Shown: positions 37,741 to 50,218, counted from the first letter of the whole stretch. The stretch is 62,796 bases of DNA, filler included, from Sphacelaria rigidula (GCA_964200075.2; 5 parts of 5 records of this genome joined end to end with filler, not necessarily neighbours in it); one strand, 5' to 3'. The notes: generated from the letters alone by a model not told the origin. Translations and numbers: made by a program.

Positions 37741-39127
37741 CATTTTTTTCGTGACACTTTTAGCTGGTTTTGGCGGGAGCTATCGTAAAAAGTGTCCGTA
37801 GTAGAACGTGAAGTACAGAATAGAAATGATGAGTGTAGGCACGATGCGCTTCGTTCGTTGCACAAAAGACCCAATATCCGAAACATCACGACGCTTTAAA
37901 AAATTGGTGGACAGGATCGCGCGCCGACTGCAGTTTTTGTACTTAACGGGACACAACAACAGTACAGTAGTTCAGGTATTCCCCGGCGCCGACCAAAATG
38001 CCTTCGCGGGGTTCAAACGCGCAATACTACAGTGTCAGCTACAACACAGGATTGATTGGTCTGCGCACGTAGTGCCTCATTCATCGCAAAAGACACAACA
38101 CCCAACAAACAGACGATGTCATTTAAAATTTTACAGAACAGCATCGCGTGCCGAATATAATTATTTTGTGCAGAGCAAAGCCCAACCGTATATCAGCGTA
38201 GGCAACCCCATCGGAGACTAATCTACAGGGTATAAAAAGATCACAGTGCAGTGACCGCTATGGAACATGAGATAAGGCGTGGGTGTTGTTATGCTGCACT
38301 ACGGTCAAGCATGGCGTATCCCATTTTGTAGCCTTTTCCTCCCGATTATGATCAGCTCCTCGCTTTTGGTCAGCGGGCGGGTTCCTGATGAAAATGGGTT
38401 ACCCATTCTCACCAGGAGCCCGCCCGCTGACTTCAACTCAATATTTTGGGTCACTTTTGTTAGCAACCGTCACTGATCTCGCTTTTGATGACGTTTTTCA
38501 CATTTCGTGTCAAATCGGGCGCGAATTTGATATTGAACGGGTCCCATGAGAGTTACTCTCATTCTTCTCTACACCGAAACAGCACAAACAAACAGCTTAG
38601 GGTTAACAACGCCGAAGAAACCCGTCAAATTCATAGGACTGAATATTCTTCACTACATTGCACCGTATTTAATGGCAATGCAGTGGTTTCTGGATATGTC
38701 ACGTACATCCGCTCAAACGTGTTCGTCCTCTTGTTCCGTGGCCGTGACTGGGCTCTTGCCGTCCCGCATCAGTCTCGTCGCGAATGCTGAGCATACCCAG
38801 CGGCGGCTACAATACAACGGAGTACCTTAGGAAGCTACTGAAGTCAGGAACTGACCGCGACCGGCTCGGCAGCGTTGCGTCGAGTGAAGAGAAAGAAATA
38901 TGATGTGCCGCGCCCATGTTGGACGTATTTGCTATCGGGGTGGCTTTCTGCAGCCAACACTCGGGACGTCTCGCTGCCATCTCTCACATAAAGCTAGAAT
39001 GCAGCCACAGTTACGGGTGTGGGGTGCAGGCATCTCCGCGTGGGTACGGTGCGCCACCTCTTAAGTTTCTATGGCTGTCCTCCGTTGCGGTATTCCGGAA
39101 ACAATGACACGGTACAGCGCTCGTGTT

Positions 39128-39452
39128 TCATACTGGCATCGCCCTACACGCCATAGTGTGACGCACAATTTCTTGTGTCTCGGGGTCGCACAGGTGAGCT
39201 GTGAGACTGTAGAAGGATTGACCAGCACGAGACTCCCAACCATCACCCGTGAGGGCCACATCTTGCCCTTGGAGCTTCGAAGCCAGGATAGAACGAACGT
39301 CGCGAGCCTTCTGCGCAATGCACTCCACCATAGTCTTGACACCAGGGAAGCGAAAATTATACTTCCCAGTAACACCGCAGATCATGTCCCGGAAGTTCTT
39401 CGACTCTACAGTGCTGAGGGATTCGAGATCTTTTTCGATAAACTTGCATATA
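39128..39452 (-). pseudogene. hAT transposase fragment (Hermes-like DNA-binding region plus first catalytic Asp), inverted
   Basis: The minus strand reads ICKFIEKDLESLSTVESKNFRDMI...FPGVKTM...VALTGDGWESRAGQSFYSLTAH, matching the hAT S/A-L-T-x-D-x-W-T-S...Y-x-x-x-T-A-H motif. Confidence 0.85.
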
Positions 39453-40124
39453 ATTACGAACTGGTCAAGAGGGCGATAGAACAAGCGGAGATTAATCTGA
39501 TGGAACGGGACAATGACGTGCGATCGGGAGGTAGCCACTCCTCCTCCAACGACGACTCGGATGATGGCTCCACACGGGATCCCTTGGCCGCTATGCTCCG
39601 TATCGCCGAAAAGTCGAGGGACTGTGACGACGGTTCGTCGGCATCGTCCCTGTCCGACGAGGAAGACGATGAAGAGGAAGGGGGCGATGAGGGTGGCGAT
39701 GGAAGCGAAGGCGACGATGGTAGAAGTGGTATAGAACGCGAAGAGAAAGGCAAAAGCGATCTTCGTCGCAGCCTGAGACGCGCCTCCCCACCAAAGCGCT
39801 GCGGGAGTGGTTCCAGGAGCTGAGAATGAGAAGCTCGGGAGTTTGTACCTGGGTGAATTGTTGCGGTACCGTAACTTGAAGCCAATCACGTGCAAAACTG
39901 TCGAAAAACTAGGTGGTCCTTTGAAGTGGTGGCAGCAGAAGGAGGAGGTGTTTCCTACGCTGGCGAAGATGGCGAGGAAGTACCTTGCTATCCCGGCTTC
40001 CTCGGCATCTTCGGAGCGCCTTTTTTCGGTAGCAGGGAACACCATCACCGTGAAACGCGCGAGTCTTTCAGACGACAACGCCGAAAACATCATTTTCCTG
40101 CACTCTAACCAGCATCTGTGGTAA
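39453..40124 (+). pseudogene. hAT transposase C-terminal part including the dimerisation domain (Dimer_Tnp_hAT)
   Basis: PLKWWQQKEEVFPTLAKMARKYLAIPASSASSERLFSVAGNTITVKRASLSDDNAENIIFLHSN, preceded by an acidic linker in a different frame (frameshift near 39800). Confidence 0.92.
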
Positions 40125-40739
40125 TTGCAGTCCTCCACGGCAGTGTTATTGCAAAATGATTAGCGCAATAGCGGTAGAGGCTATCGGATGAGGATCGGCG
40201 CGTGCTTCTCGTAACGAGTGGGGGGCGGGAGGTAGCTAGCGGGTGGCATGAAATTTATTTTCTCGGGGTTTCGGAGTAGTGCAACTCCGTGTCAGGTGAA
40301 TCCAGCTTGCAGTGTTTTTTGCCTTGCACCTGAAGTTTCGATGTTTTGATTCGATGCAGTTTTTCTTTCTTTGGTTTGATTTTTCGGTCGAGGTTCGTCC
40401 GGTTGCAGTCGGCCGAAGAAGTATTGTATCATAATAGCCGCCTGCCGCCTGACCTGTGATATGCCCTGAAGGTCGGAGGTCGGAGGGATCACGTGTGGGG
40501 CGCCAGCAATAATGAAAAAGGAACATGTATATTTTTATAATGCATGTCATTGCCGTTATTGATCGCAATGCTACTGCTCTCTGCACGTCTGCACGTCTGC
40601 ACGTCTGCACTTCACTATATATGTAAATATAACCTCGGAGCAGGTGCGTTTGGTGGCGTCACCAATACAATTGCCACACTGTGCACAGTTCCCAACCGAT
40701 AGCAGGTACTGATGTGACACGGCGACAAGTACATGGATG

Positions 40740-41128
40740 CGAGCGTATCACTGGAAAACGCGACATATATTATATATGCCGGGACTATATATGTAATACA
40801 CGATATTATTATGTTCTTAATAGGTTATATAGCAGGTTATTTCATCATCATATAGGTCAGATGCCAGGTGATACACGTCACACACGCCAGAAATCACGTG
40901 ACATATAGTATATATAGGGGTATATATAGTGCATATATAGTATATATAGTACATATACTCCTATATATCATATATCCTAAATATATCAGGTTCATAGCGA
41001 TATATGAAAAATGGGGGATATGTGAACATGACTACGAATATATCAACTTTTATGACATATCACCTTTTTCGGGAGGGGTATATATAGATACACTATATCT
41101 CGAAAAGTTGATATGATACCAGGCTCTA
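40740..41128 (+). mobile_element. Probable right subterminal region and TIR of the hAT element
   Basis: Dense ATATA motifs ending in GATATGATACCAGGCTCTA (reverse complement TAGAGCCTGG..., a hAT-like terminus). The left end was not found in the contig. Confidence 0.5.
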
Positions 41129-41744
41129 ACTCTAAAGCCCCTATCGATTTCGGTTTTGTGGGGATCACTCCGTCAAACGGACACCAAACGCATCCTGCTC
41201 CAAGGGGGGCCTAGACAAACAGCAGTTGCCGCTGCCCACCTAGTACCATCCTCCAAATCGAGGTCTTGAGTAAGAACCCCCAGCGTCTGGTGCCCATCTT
41301 CAAGAATGATCTACATCGAGTATTCTGGACGCCAGTCTCCACCTTTCGGTATATGTGGGCGCCCGAGCCGCGGCTGTGTTACCATACAGCTTCGCCCAAG
41401 ATACAGGCAGCCATTACAGCGGCGGAGGCGTCCTTTCACGCCTGCGTACGCCTCCTGGGGCAAACGCACGCTGTAGCTGCAACACGGACAGCTTGACAAA
41501 ATGTCATTTAGCAATGTAGCAATATAGCGCGTGGCGAGGAGGTTGACATCCTGTGTACACGTTGACCGCGATACAACGGCTGAACTAATGATGTGGCGAA
41601 CTGCACAGGACAACGCGGAATCAATACAGGACAAGGATAGACTAGGGGTCTCATGTCCTGCGGTGTGCTTTGTCACCCTGCACCCTGCCGCTGTGCAGTG
41701 ATCAGGTAGTACGCCGCAGGCGTCATGCCGAGGTTGGTACACAG

Positions 41745-41949
41745 TGTAATGCGTGAGAGGACCGCGTGCTTAGAGGACCGCGCCGTAGTTCAAAACACCT
41801 CAGGATTGATGTTTTTCTAAACCAATCGGGCCAGCCCCTGCAGGTACCACGCCGCTGACCATAACCCCAACCCTAACCCTAACCCTAACCATGGGGATGT
41901 TTAAATTCCGATGCGGTCCTCTAAGCACGCGGTCCTCCCACGCATTACA
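41745..41949. mobile_element. 205-bp MITE with TGT...ACA termini, 5-bp TSD and internal telomeric repeats
   Basis: 37-bp TIR with 1 mismatch. CACAG at 41740-41744 and 41950-41954. (CCCTAA)3 plus a variant at 41863-41890. Confidence 0.88.
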
Positions 41950-43443
41950 CACAGTATCGGCTCCACATCCAAAGGGTAACCTCTGCATTGAATTCAATAA
42001 AACACACTGAATTAAATACACTGGCGGAGCGCGTTATTTTCGAGCAGGACGCGCGCCAGCGTTTCCGTGTTGTTGACAGCGTGCCAGCGCGCTTGTGCAC
42101 TACAACGTTATACTCCCCTGTGGTAGCCCGTCACGGTATTACTCTTCATGTTTCATGACGCTTTATTTGAAAATATGCAGAATAGATGCCAGCGAGTCTA
42201 TTGTTGTTGCACTTGGAAATGTGGTGAATCAGTTTTTCGATCTAGTACTGCCGCATGCTCCGTGCTGTACCAACTAGTATACCGTACCAGTTCGAAAACG
42301 GATATTCATGATATAAACGCCATCGACATGCTCTGGTTATCATCAACTGTGTACGAGGCGCGGGTAGCGTAGTTTTTGTGAAGGAATGCAAGGACGCAAC
42401 CAAACTGCAGTACAGGTAGTTTTTATCATTGGCATGCAACACGTGATACGAACGAGACACAGAACGAAGCATTTACATGATACGCGTTGTGGTAGGGAAA
42501 CAAGTCCACCAGTCCCTCCACCACCTATCGTGAGGAGATAAATACCACCTGTTTATACAAAATAAGTTACGGACAGACCTTCATTTTAGAGTAGAGGGCC
42601 CAGCCGAGACCACTCCGGCTTCACCTCCGAAATCCGAGACGGCAGCGTCGCAAACACCGAAATGAATTGAAATTGGAAGCGCCCTCGACACAGGGCAATC
42701 TATGAAAACAAACAAATCTGAGCAGGCGCTGCACCTGCAGGCAGTTATCTCGTCCGGGGCGCAGGTTTGTTCAGAGTAACCGAGTTGACCGTTTATTCGG
42801 CGCACCCGACGGAACCAAAATTCGTGATTTCAACGAGCTGTGCGTCCAGCCTTCCACAACATATGGGTGGAACACATAACCCCATTCTCGAGTACATGAG
42901 TATCCATAATAAAGGTCGATGAATGGCATGTAATGTTTGGAGCTCGCGCTGTATCAGACAAGCTAGTGTTCCACGTGGGGCCTCTGGTTTGCATTCTGCT
43001 TACTAACTAGGGAGACGCGTCGCTTGTTTCATTGCCGAACTAAGCTGCATCCCCTACGCAATTGACTCAGATTTGCGCACGCAGATGCTATCGTATGACT
43101 GCACCTTCCTGTCACCGCAATCACTGCCATGATGCCATGATTCATCGATTGATTGATTGTCGCACATATCCTTATCCCCCCAGGGATACAGCCGTGGTCA
43201 TATGGTATACGTATCCAAAATGAACTAGAACGGAAACACTCGCTGAAGAAAATTGAAGAAAAACGAAACGGTAGAATAGACGAACGGAGCACGGTTCGGA
43301 CGAATAAATCCTGCGTCGACTCTTTTCAACCTTTGTACGAATTAATCATGCAGGTTTGACAGGGGTTGTGATTTGTACATGTGTTGGGTTCATGATTCGT
43401 GCGGTACACCGTCGAAGGTACACGTTACCCATTCGTATGGTAT

Positions 43444-44480
43444 GAATCATGAGAGCATTTTTCCCAACTTCCAGTCATGCGGCATGAATCATTGACACCT
43501 GTTCCTAACCTTTCATCCATGCGCCATGAATCACAGGAACATGTTTCTCTCCTCCCATCCATGCAGCATCAATCATGGGCACACGTTCCCCACCTTCCAC
43601 TCATACGAGGTGAATCAAGCGCACGTGTCTCCCAATTTCCACTCATGCAGGATGAATTCTACGTACATGTTTCCCACCTTCCATTCATACTAGATGGATC
43701 ATTGCACATGAATTTCGCTTTTCATTTATCGAGCATGGATCGTGCTTGCATGTTCCCCATCGGTTGCGCGGCTTGCTCCTAGGTATGATGGGCAAATAAG
43801 AGGGTTCGCAAACGCCTTCAGAGCCAAAGCCACAGTAAACCCAGTTGTAAATATTGTATGCACACTTATCACGACACATCAAACATAGTACAACACACGC
43901 GTCTGCGTGCCCAGAGCGGGTCTCCTAGCTATTTCGTTTCCCGAGCTATGCTAGTGACGGTCTTTCTGCGGTTCCATGTTTTGTTCTGCGGCACAGCTGA
44001 CCTGACTATGTCAACCAATGCGGAGACAGCTTCAGACATCACCGGCACTGCAAGAGGCGTCCCCGCATGTTAGCGTTGGCTTTTGAAAACACTCCCGTAG
44101 CGCTCACTGCAGTCAGGGGATAGTACAACCAGACAGCTTGGTGCTGTACAATTTGTACGGCGGACAACATACACCTATAATGTAAACCTTTGAATCATAC
44201 TGTCATAGATGCATGATCCCGTTCCATTTATGCAGCAAGAATCAAGCGTACGTGCTGCTTACCTTTCATTCATACGAGGTGAATCAAGCGTACGTGTTTC
44301 CCGACTTATACTCAAGCGACATAAATCATACGTACATGTTTCCGGCCTTCCATACATACAAATTGAATCATAAGTATATGTTCCCCACCTTCCATACATA
44401 CGAGATTAATGAGACATACATGTTCTCCACGTGGGATTCATACGAGATTAATCAAGTGTACTTCTTTTCAACAAGTGATT
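43444..44480 (+). repeat. Two blocks of degenerate 42-bp tandem units (GAATCA...CATGTTYCCCACCTTCCAYTCAT)
   Basis: Unit starts at 43444, 43486, 43528, 43570, 43612, 43654, 43696 and at 44239, 44281, 44323, 44365, 44407, 44449. Confidence 0.85.
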
Positions 44481-44969
44481 CATACAGTAATTGCGATTTG
44501 TACATGCTGACACGCTTGATCCGTGTGGCACTACGTGGAATGTACACATTCCCAGTTCGTGATCAGTGAAGCACGACCTTGAGCGTACAACTTCACAACC
44601 CGTGAGTCATACGAGATGACGCTTTGGTACATGATTCGCATCAAATGGTTATGGAGAGTCAATCTGTATGAACTCTGATTTTTTTTAGATCGTGAAACGG
44701 GGTAGACTGAGAGAAAAAGAAGAGAAAAAAAGAGCTGAAACGTACGGGCCTCTGCAACATGGCTTCGGTGGAAAAGGTCTTGCTTGCGCACAGGTACACA
44801 ATGATACCCAATCGTGAGAATAAAAGGTCGCGGGATCAAATTGCGGCTTATCTGTCCCGACCTCGCTCTTCTGGATATGAAGCTATGATCTATGAACCTA
44901 ACGAAAGCGAGGCATAAAACTACTATTTACATACACGGGGAGGAAAGAGTACATATATATGTACATGTA

Positions 44970-46490
44970 TCATTTCACATCACCACTTTTGCCGAGTTTT
45001 CTCTGGCGGCAAGGCATTTCTTCCCAAGCTTTCTTTTGCAGTGCACTGATGAGGCTCTGAGAAGGCTCAGCGGTACATCATCGTTCAGGTTTGGGTGTCA
45101 TCTGATACCTGTGGCGCGTGTTCTGGCCACCGGAAGTCGCTCTTTTTTCGCGGGGTGTCGATCCTGAACAGCCATGAAAGAAAGCCCTAAGATCATGTAA
45201 AACTTGACACAGGAACCCGAACCACAAAAGTCTGTTGAATCATGTAAAACTTCAAGCAGCAGGATTACTTTTGGCGAGGTTTCTCCCCCCGTGTTTCTCT
45301 TCGTCGCGTTCTCGTTCATTTGGCAGCACGAACACACCGGTTATGCCGCCAATGTCACGAGAACATGAGAGCAAGGCAGTTGAAAACAATTGAACATTGC
45401 CTTGGTCTTAGTCAGCAGTAAACACAAGGCCGTGCAGTGAGCTGCTGGCGAGTTGAACATGGCACCAGCGTGGGCAAACGTCCCCACTGTGGGTCACAGG
45501 GATATCCCTACGCAGGTTCTTCACAGGGACATCTCTGCGCCGGTACTTCACAGGCTAGTACCTGTGAGTTAACCCGCTGCTTCGGTAGGCATATACACGG
45601 CAGTGTGTAACTGTGAAGTAGCTGCCCAGGGATATCCCTGGGGGCACTCAACAAGTATGTGTCGCACACGTTGATAATACAGTAGTTGACATCAATACAT
45701 CTGTGCAGTCTGAGTATGAGTAGTACACGATACAGGGTATGGTCCCATATGCATGCAGTATACTGTATACTACAGACAATATATTGCAATCCCATGCAGC
45801 GGGTTTATATTACAGGAGTCTAGATATTACCATGGGAAATGTGTCCGCGGCCAAAGGTGTGCATTCGAAGTCGTGACCTGTGTAATTGGAAGCTCCCTCA
45901 CCAGTTGTCTTTGTTTGTCTACGTATGTTCATTTTCGCGGAGGGCAATATATATCTGCTCGATGGTCGCGGACAAAGCGATGACTCGCGCGCTTTTTCTC
46001 TCTTCATTCAACCAATATACATTGTGTACATTTATTATTTCACATTTTCACCACTTTTGCCGAGGTTTCTGTGCGGCAAGGCATTTTTCCCCACGAGTTC
46101 TTGTGCAGCGTACTGAGAAGGCTCAGCGGTACATTACCGTTCATGTTTGGGTGTTATCTAATACCCGTGGAGCGTGTTCTGGCCACCGGGAGTCGCTCAA
46201 ACTGGCCGTATTTCGCGGAGTGTCGATCGCGTACCACTAAAGCCTGTTGAAGATCATGCAAAACTTCAAGCAGCAGGATTACTCTTGGCGAGGTATTTTC
46301 CGCCCGTGTTTTTCTTTGTTGCGTTCTCGTTCATTTTGGAGCACGAACACACCGGTTATGCCGCCAATGTCACACAAGAACATGAAAGCGAAGCAGTTGA
46401 AAACAACTGAACATTGCCTTGGCCTTAGTCAGCAGCAAGCTCAAGACCGTGCAATGGGCCATTGGCGAGTTGAACAAGGCACAGCAGCAC
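44970..46490 (+). repeat. Local direct duplication (~44970-45460 and ~46035-46480)
   Basis: Shared CACCACTTTTGCCGAG, GAGAAGGCTCAGCGGTACAT, AAAACTTCAAGCAGCAGGATTACT and GCACGAACACACCGGTTATGCCGCCAATGTCAC. Confidence 0.85.
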
Positions 46491-48229
46491 GCGGCGCAGG
46501 AGTGTTCTGCCGCAAAAAACAATCACCCTGTGTTTCAAGAAGGCCCGGTGATGTGGAAGCCACGGTGGTGTACAAAGAACATGCCGAGAATGTTCCACGC
46601 ATTCCATTTTTTCCGGAAGTGCCTCCCGCTGTCATGTCTTCGTGGCACGAGAGCTACTTCGCACTCTGGCACCTCGTGTATAACACGCATATCCTACGCC
46701 GGCGGTTTCGTCGTCGGCCTCTGTCCGAAATCCCATATTTCCGAACGACATCCGATGACGCGTGTGATGTTTTGTACAACCACAACCACTGCTGCACATT
46801 GAGATACAACAGTAGCTTCTCTGACGATATATTTTCGACTTGCGTCACCCCCGGGAGGCCCGTACCAACCTCCCGAAGGGGAACCTTGTATATAATATAT
46901 ATATATGGAGAGGGAGATGGGGAAAGAAAGAGGGAACAAAATGTGCAACTACGGAGGTGATGGAACCCACGAGTACTGCACAGTGAAACAAGTGCGTAAA
47001 CACACCAGGGAGCACCACAAAACCACCAACCGCGGACAAAATTAACAACCGATCGGGAAATACAGAGGTACATCGATTTCAGGCTTTGGTTCTATAGACG
47101 CGCTTAAGGTTCAGCTTAATTCGGGGTTTTGGGCTTGAATTTTTTTTTTTCTAAAAGCTTTGAACGAACCTAAAAGTTCTGAAAAGCGTAAAATGTGCTG
47201 GAAACGCGCATAAAATTGGCACATTTCGAAGGGCCTCCTGCAGTTATTGTAGCAGCTGCCTGAAAGTGCCCCAAATGAGCCACTCTCGTCACTAGACAGG
47301 CTGCACTGCTTCAAACCGCCATGGTTGCGGGTCTGATCGCGAAAACGTTCTGCCGTATATTCCGCATATACTTGATACCATGTTGAAATGAAAATGTAAT
47401 CGACATTTTGCTCAAAAATTGGACAAGGAGTTAAATGACCGGATCGAACCCGCGGTGATGATCAAGTACAATCGGAGCCGGAAGTTTGACTAGATTTCAA
47501 ATGTCGACTGATGGTAGGTGATGGGGGGGGTAGGAGCGGTAGCTTGTCGCTTGTAGCTTGCCGACCGAAAAGCTTGAGGCTGCAGTATCCTGTGTCCAGA
47601 GACTGCGATGCCCCACTGCTGCATCATGTATCATGAGTGTATCTTGTGGCATTTGTTGTTTCGACAGAGTAGAGGTTGGTTGGGGTGTCTTTCAAACTCA
47701 ACGATCGAAGAAAAGTTGCATTTCTCAATAGATACAAACCTTGCGACTTTTAATACCCAAATTGTCTTCTCCTCATGCTAGAAGGCTCGCCCCGTGAGGG
47801 GATACTGCCACAACGCCGCAACAAGGTCGCGAAGGAGGCGCAAAAAGGACGCATATTTTCGCCGAAAAAAGCTGTAAATGAGGCTTAGCCCTTACAAGTC
47901 GAGAATAGGTAATCTGTGAAATCGGCATCAATTTCACTCGAAAAACGTATGATCCAGATGGACTCACCTCCTCGCGGTGTAGGGGTCAAAAAACGAAAAC
48001 AAGCTTAAATGAAAGAAAGGAGCTTGGTTTGGAAAAAAAAAAGGCGCATACAGAGCTAAAGCCTACTCGGTTTCCATGTTTGCCCATTTTCTCGCATTCA
48101 TCCCTAGTCAGGCACAACGCATGTATTTCTCTTGGTCCTTCCCATCGTGGGTTTGTCACAGCTGTTATTCTTACTGTGCTAGCAAGGGTAGTTATCCAAT
48201 CGGCAGCCCACGACGCATCACGCCCTTGT

Positions 48230-49050
48230 TTGTGGCGGTCCATTTCTCGTTTATTCCGCGTCGCCAGGTGTCCTCGAACTCTACCGCCCTTTTCTCAACT
48301 CCAACATTCCATTTGCCTACGCCGTAGTGACCTGATCGTGCGCATGTTTGACCTCTGCACCGTAGACATACCATTTCCATCGTGCTCCTATGCGTGGTAG
48401 AGCTCCAAGTGCACGTAGGTTATCTCGTGGAGGTTTTCCTCATAGTGTTTGGGGAGGCAGCCAGCCTCCTCAGGCTCCTGTGCGGCTGACAGTCCGTGGT
48501 GATGCATCTGGCAAGGCGCGATTCGTTCTGCAGGACAAGGGCCCCCCCCGAACCTTAGTTGACGCTTTGGTACGTCCGCCGATGGTCATCTCGAGCACAG
48601 CTCTGTACGGAAGAGTCTTGCAGCCCGTTCGATTCTCCTGCAGACTCTAACCTCGTGTAGCAAAAGCTTGTGATGGGTAGTGCGCAGAGTGTCGAAGTCC
48701 TCCGAACGTACGGTCAATGTGGCACATCCGGTCGAAAGATCTTCCGTCACTTATGCTTTGAGCAGCCGAATCTCCAAAGATGGCTGGGCATTGATATGAT
48801 CGTAGAGTGGGGAGCGATACTTTCGGAGACGTGCCCACGCCGCGCTGATGCGGCGGTTGATTTCTATGGAAACCTTCGCATCCACGCTGGCAGCACGAAG
48901 GTAGACAAAAGTCGCAGCCTGCTTATACCGTTGAGCTGTCGCGCTGATGGCCAGGCGATCTTTGTGGAACTGGATACTGACCACAAGTGCTTGTTACTTT
49001 CGTTTTTACACCGTCGTCAGGTGCAGCACTGGAATCAACGACAGAGCGGA
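48230..49050 (-). pseudogene. RTE-clade LINE reverse-transcriptase C-terminal remnant
   Basis: QRYKQAATFVYLRAS...SIEINRRISAAWARLRKY...LEIRLLKA, continuing (with stops and frameshifts) through LRTTHHKLLL and KRQLRFGGALV. This is typical RTE thumb/C-terminal sequence. Confidence 0.8.
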
Positions 49051-49134
49051 TGAACCTAAGCGGTAAGTGTTATTTGGAACGACCGTCGTTGGATACTCTA
49101 CGAGGCTGAAACCCTTACGCCTGCAGAGACGTAG

Positions 49135-50218
49135 AGTTCTGCTCACAGAACGTCGAGGACGGGATGGTGGGTGCTTGACGCAAGGCGTGCTGCAGGGAGG
49201 GCTGCTTATAAGATAGCGTCGTTTGGGCTGCAGGGAAGCAGGAAGGCAGAGTTCTGCTCACAGCACGCCGACGACGGGATGGCGAATGTTCAACGCAAGG
49301 CGTGCTGCACGGAGGGCTGCATCACACTACCGTCGTTTGGCTCGGCCGGAAGCAGGATGGCAGAGTTCTGCTCACAGCACGCCGACGACGGGATGGTGAA
49401 CGTCGCCAGCAAGATGTGCCGCAGAGAGGGCTGCTCTAAGCGGGCATCTTTTGGATTGGCGGAAAGCAAGAAGGCGAAGTTCTGCTCACAGCACGCCGAC
49501 GACGGGATGGTTAATGTCAAGTACAAGACGTGCTGCAGAGAGGCTTGCTCCAAGCGGGCGTCTTTTGGGTTGGGAAGCGAGGGAGCGGAGTTCTGCTCAC
49601 AGCACGCCGAGGACGGAATGATTAATGTCCAGGACAAGACGTGCTGCAGGAAGGCGGAGTTCTGCTCACAGCACGCCGAGGACGGGATGATGAATGTTGG
49701 GAACAAGAAGTGCTGCAGAGAGGGTTGCTCCAAGCGGGTGTGGCTTGGGTTGGCGGGAAGCAGAAAGGTGGAGTTCTGCTCACAGCACGCCGAGGACGGG
49801 ATGGTGATTCTTGGGGATCAGACGTGCTGCAGGGGAGGTTGCTCCAAGGTACCGTCGTTTGGGTTGACGAGAAGCGAGGAGGCGGAGGTCTGCTCACAGG
49901 ATGCCGACGACGGGATGGTTAATGTCAAGAACAGGACTTGCTGCAGGGAGGGTTGCTTCACGCTACCGTCGTTTGGCTCGGCCGGAAGCAGGATGGCAAA
50001 GTTCTGCTCACAGCACGCCGACGACGGGATGGTGAACATCTTCAGCAAGATGTGCCGCAGAGAGGGCTGCTCTAAGCGGGCATCTTTTGGGTTGGAAGAA
50101 AGCAAGAAGGCGAAGTTCTGCTCACAGCACGCCGACGACGGGATGGTTAATGTCAAGTACAAGACGTGCTGCAGAGAGGCTTGCTCTAAGCGGGCGTCTT
50201 TTGGGTTGGCGGGAAGCG
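49135..50218 (+). CDS. EsV-1-7-type cysteine-rich repeat protein (~10 units of 38 aa), 3' truncated by the contig end
   Basis: Repeated C-x-x-E-G-C-x-K-x-x-S-F-G-x-x-G-S-x-x-A-E-F-C-S-Q-H-A-x-D-G-M-V-N-V with a 114-bp period. The first unit carries a TGA and a frameshift, so the ORF track start at 49171 is not the native start. Confidence 0.88.

Noticed and set aside
39128-40138. 336-aa minus-strand ORF as one real gene
   Set aside because: Its first two-thirds is antisense to the plus-strand hAT C-terminus. Only 39128-39452 is transposase-like, so the ORF is a by-product of the inversion.
43477-44569. 14-aa repeat proteins (ORFs 43477-43782 and 44213-44569)
   Set aside because: They are a consequence of the 42-bp DNA period. 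The two blocks translate in different unit frames and lack splice or start support.
49135-50218. Integrated phaeovirus genome
   Set aside because: EsV-1-7 repeats are also a host-expanded family. No viral core genes or gene-dense intronless region are present.
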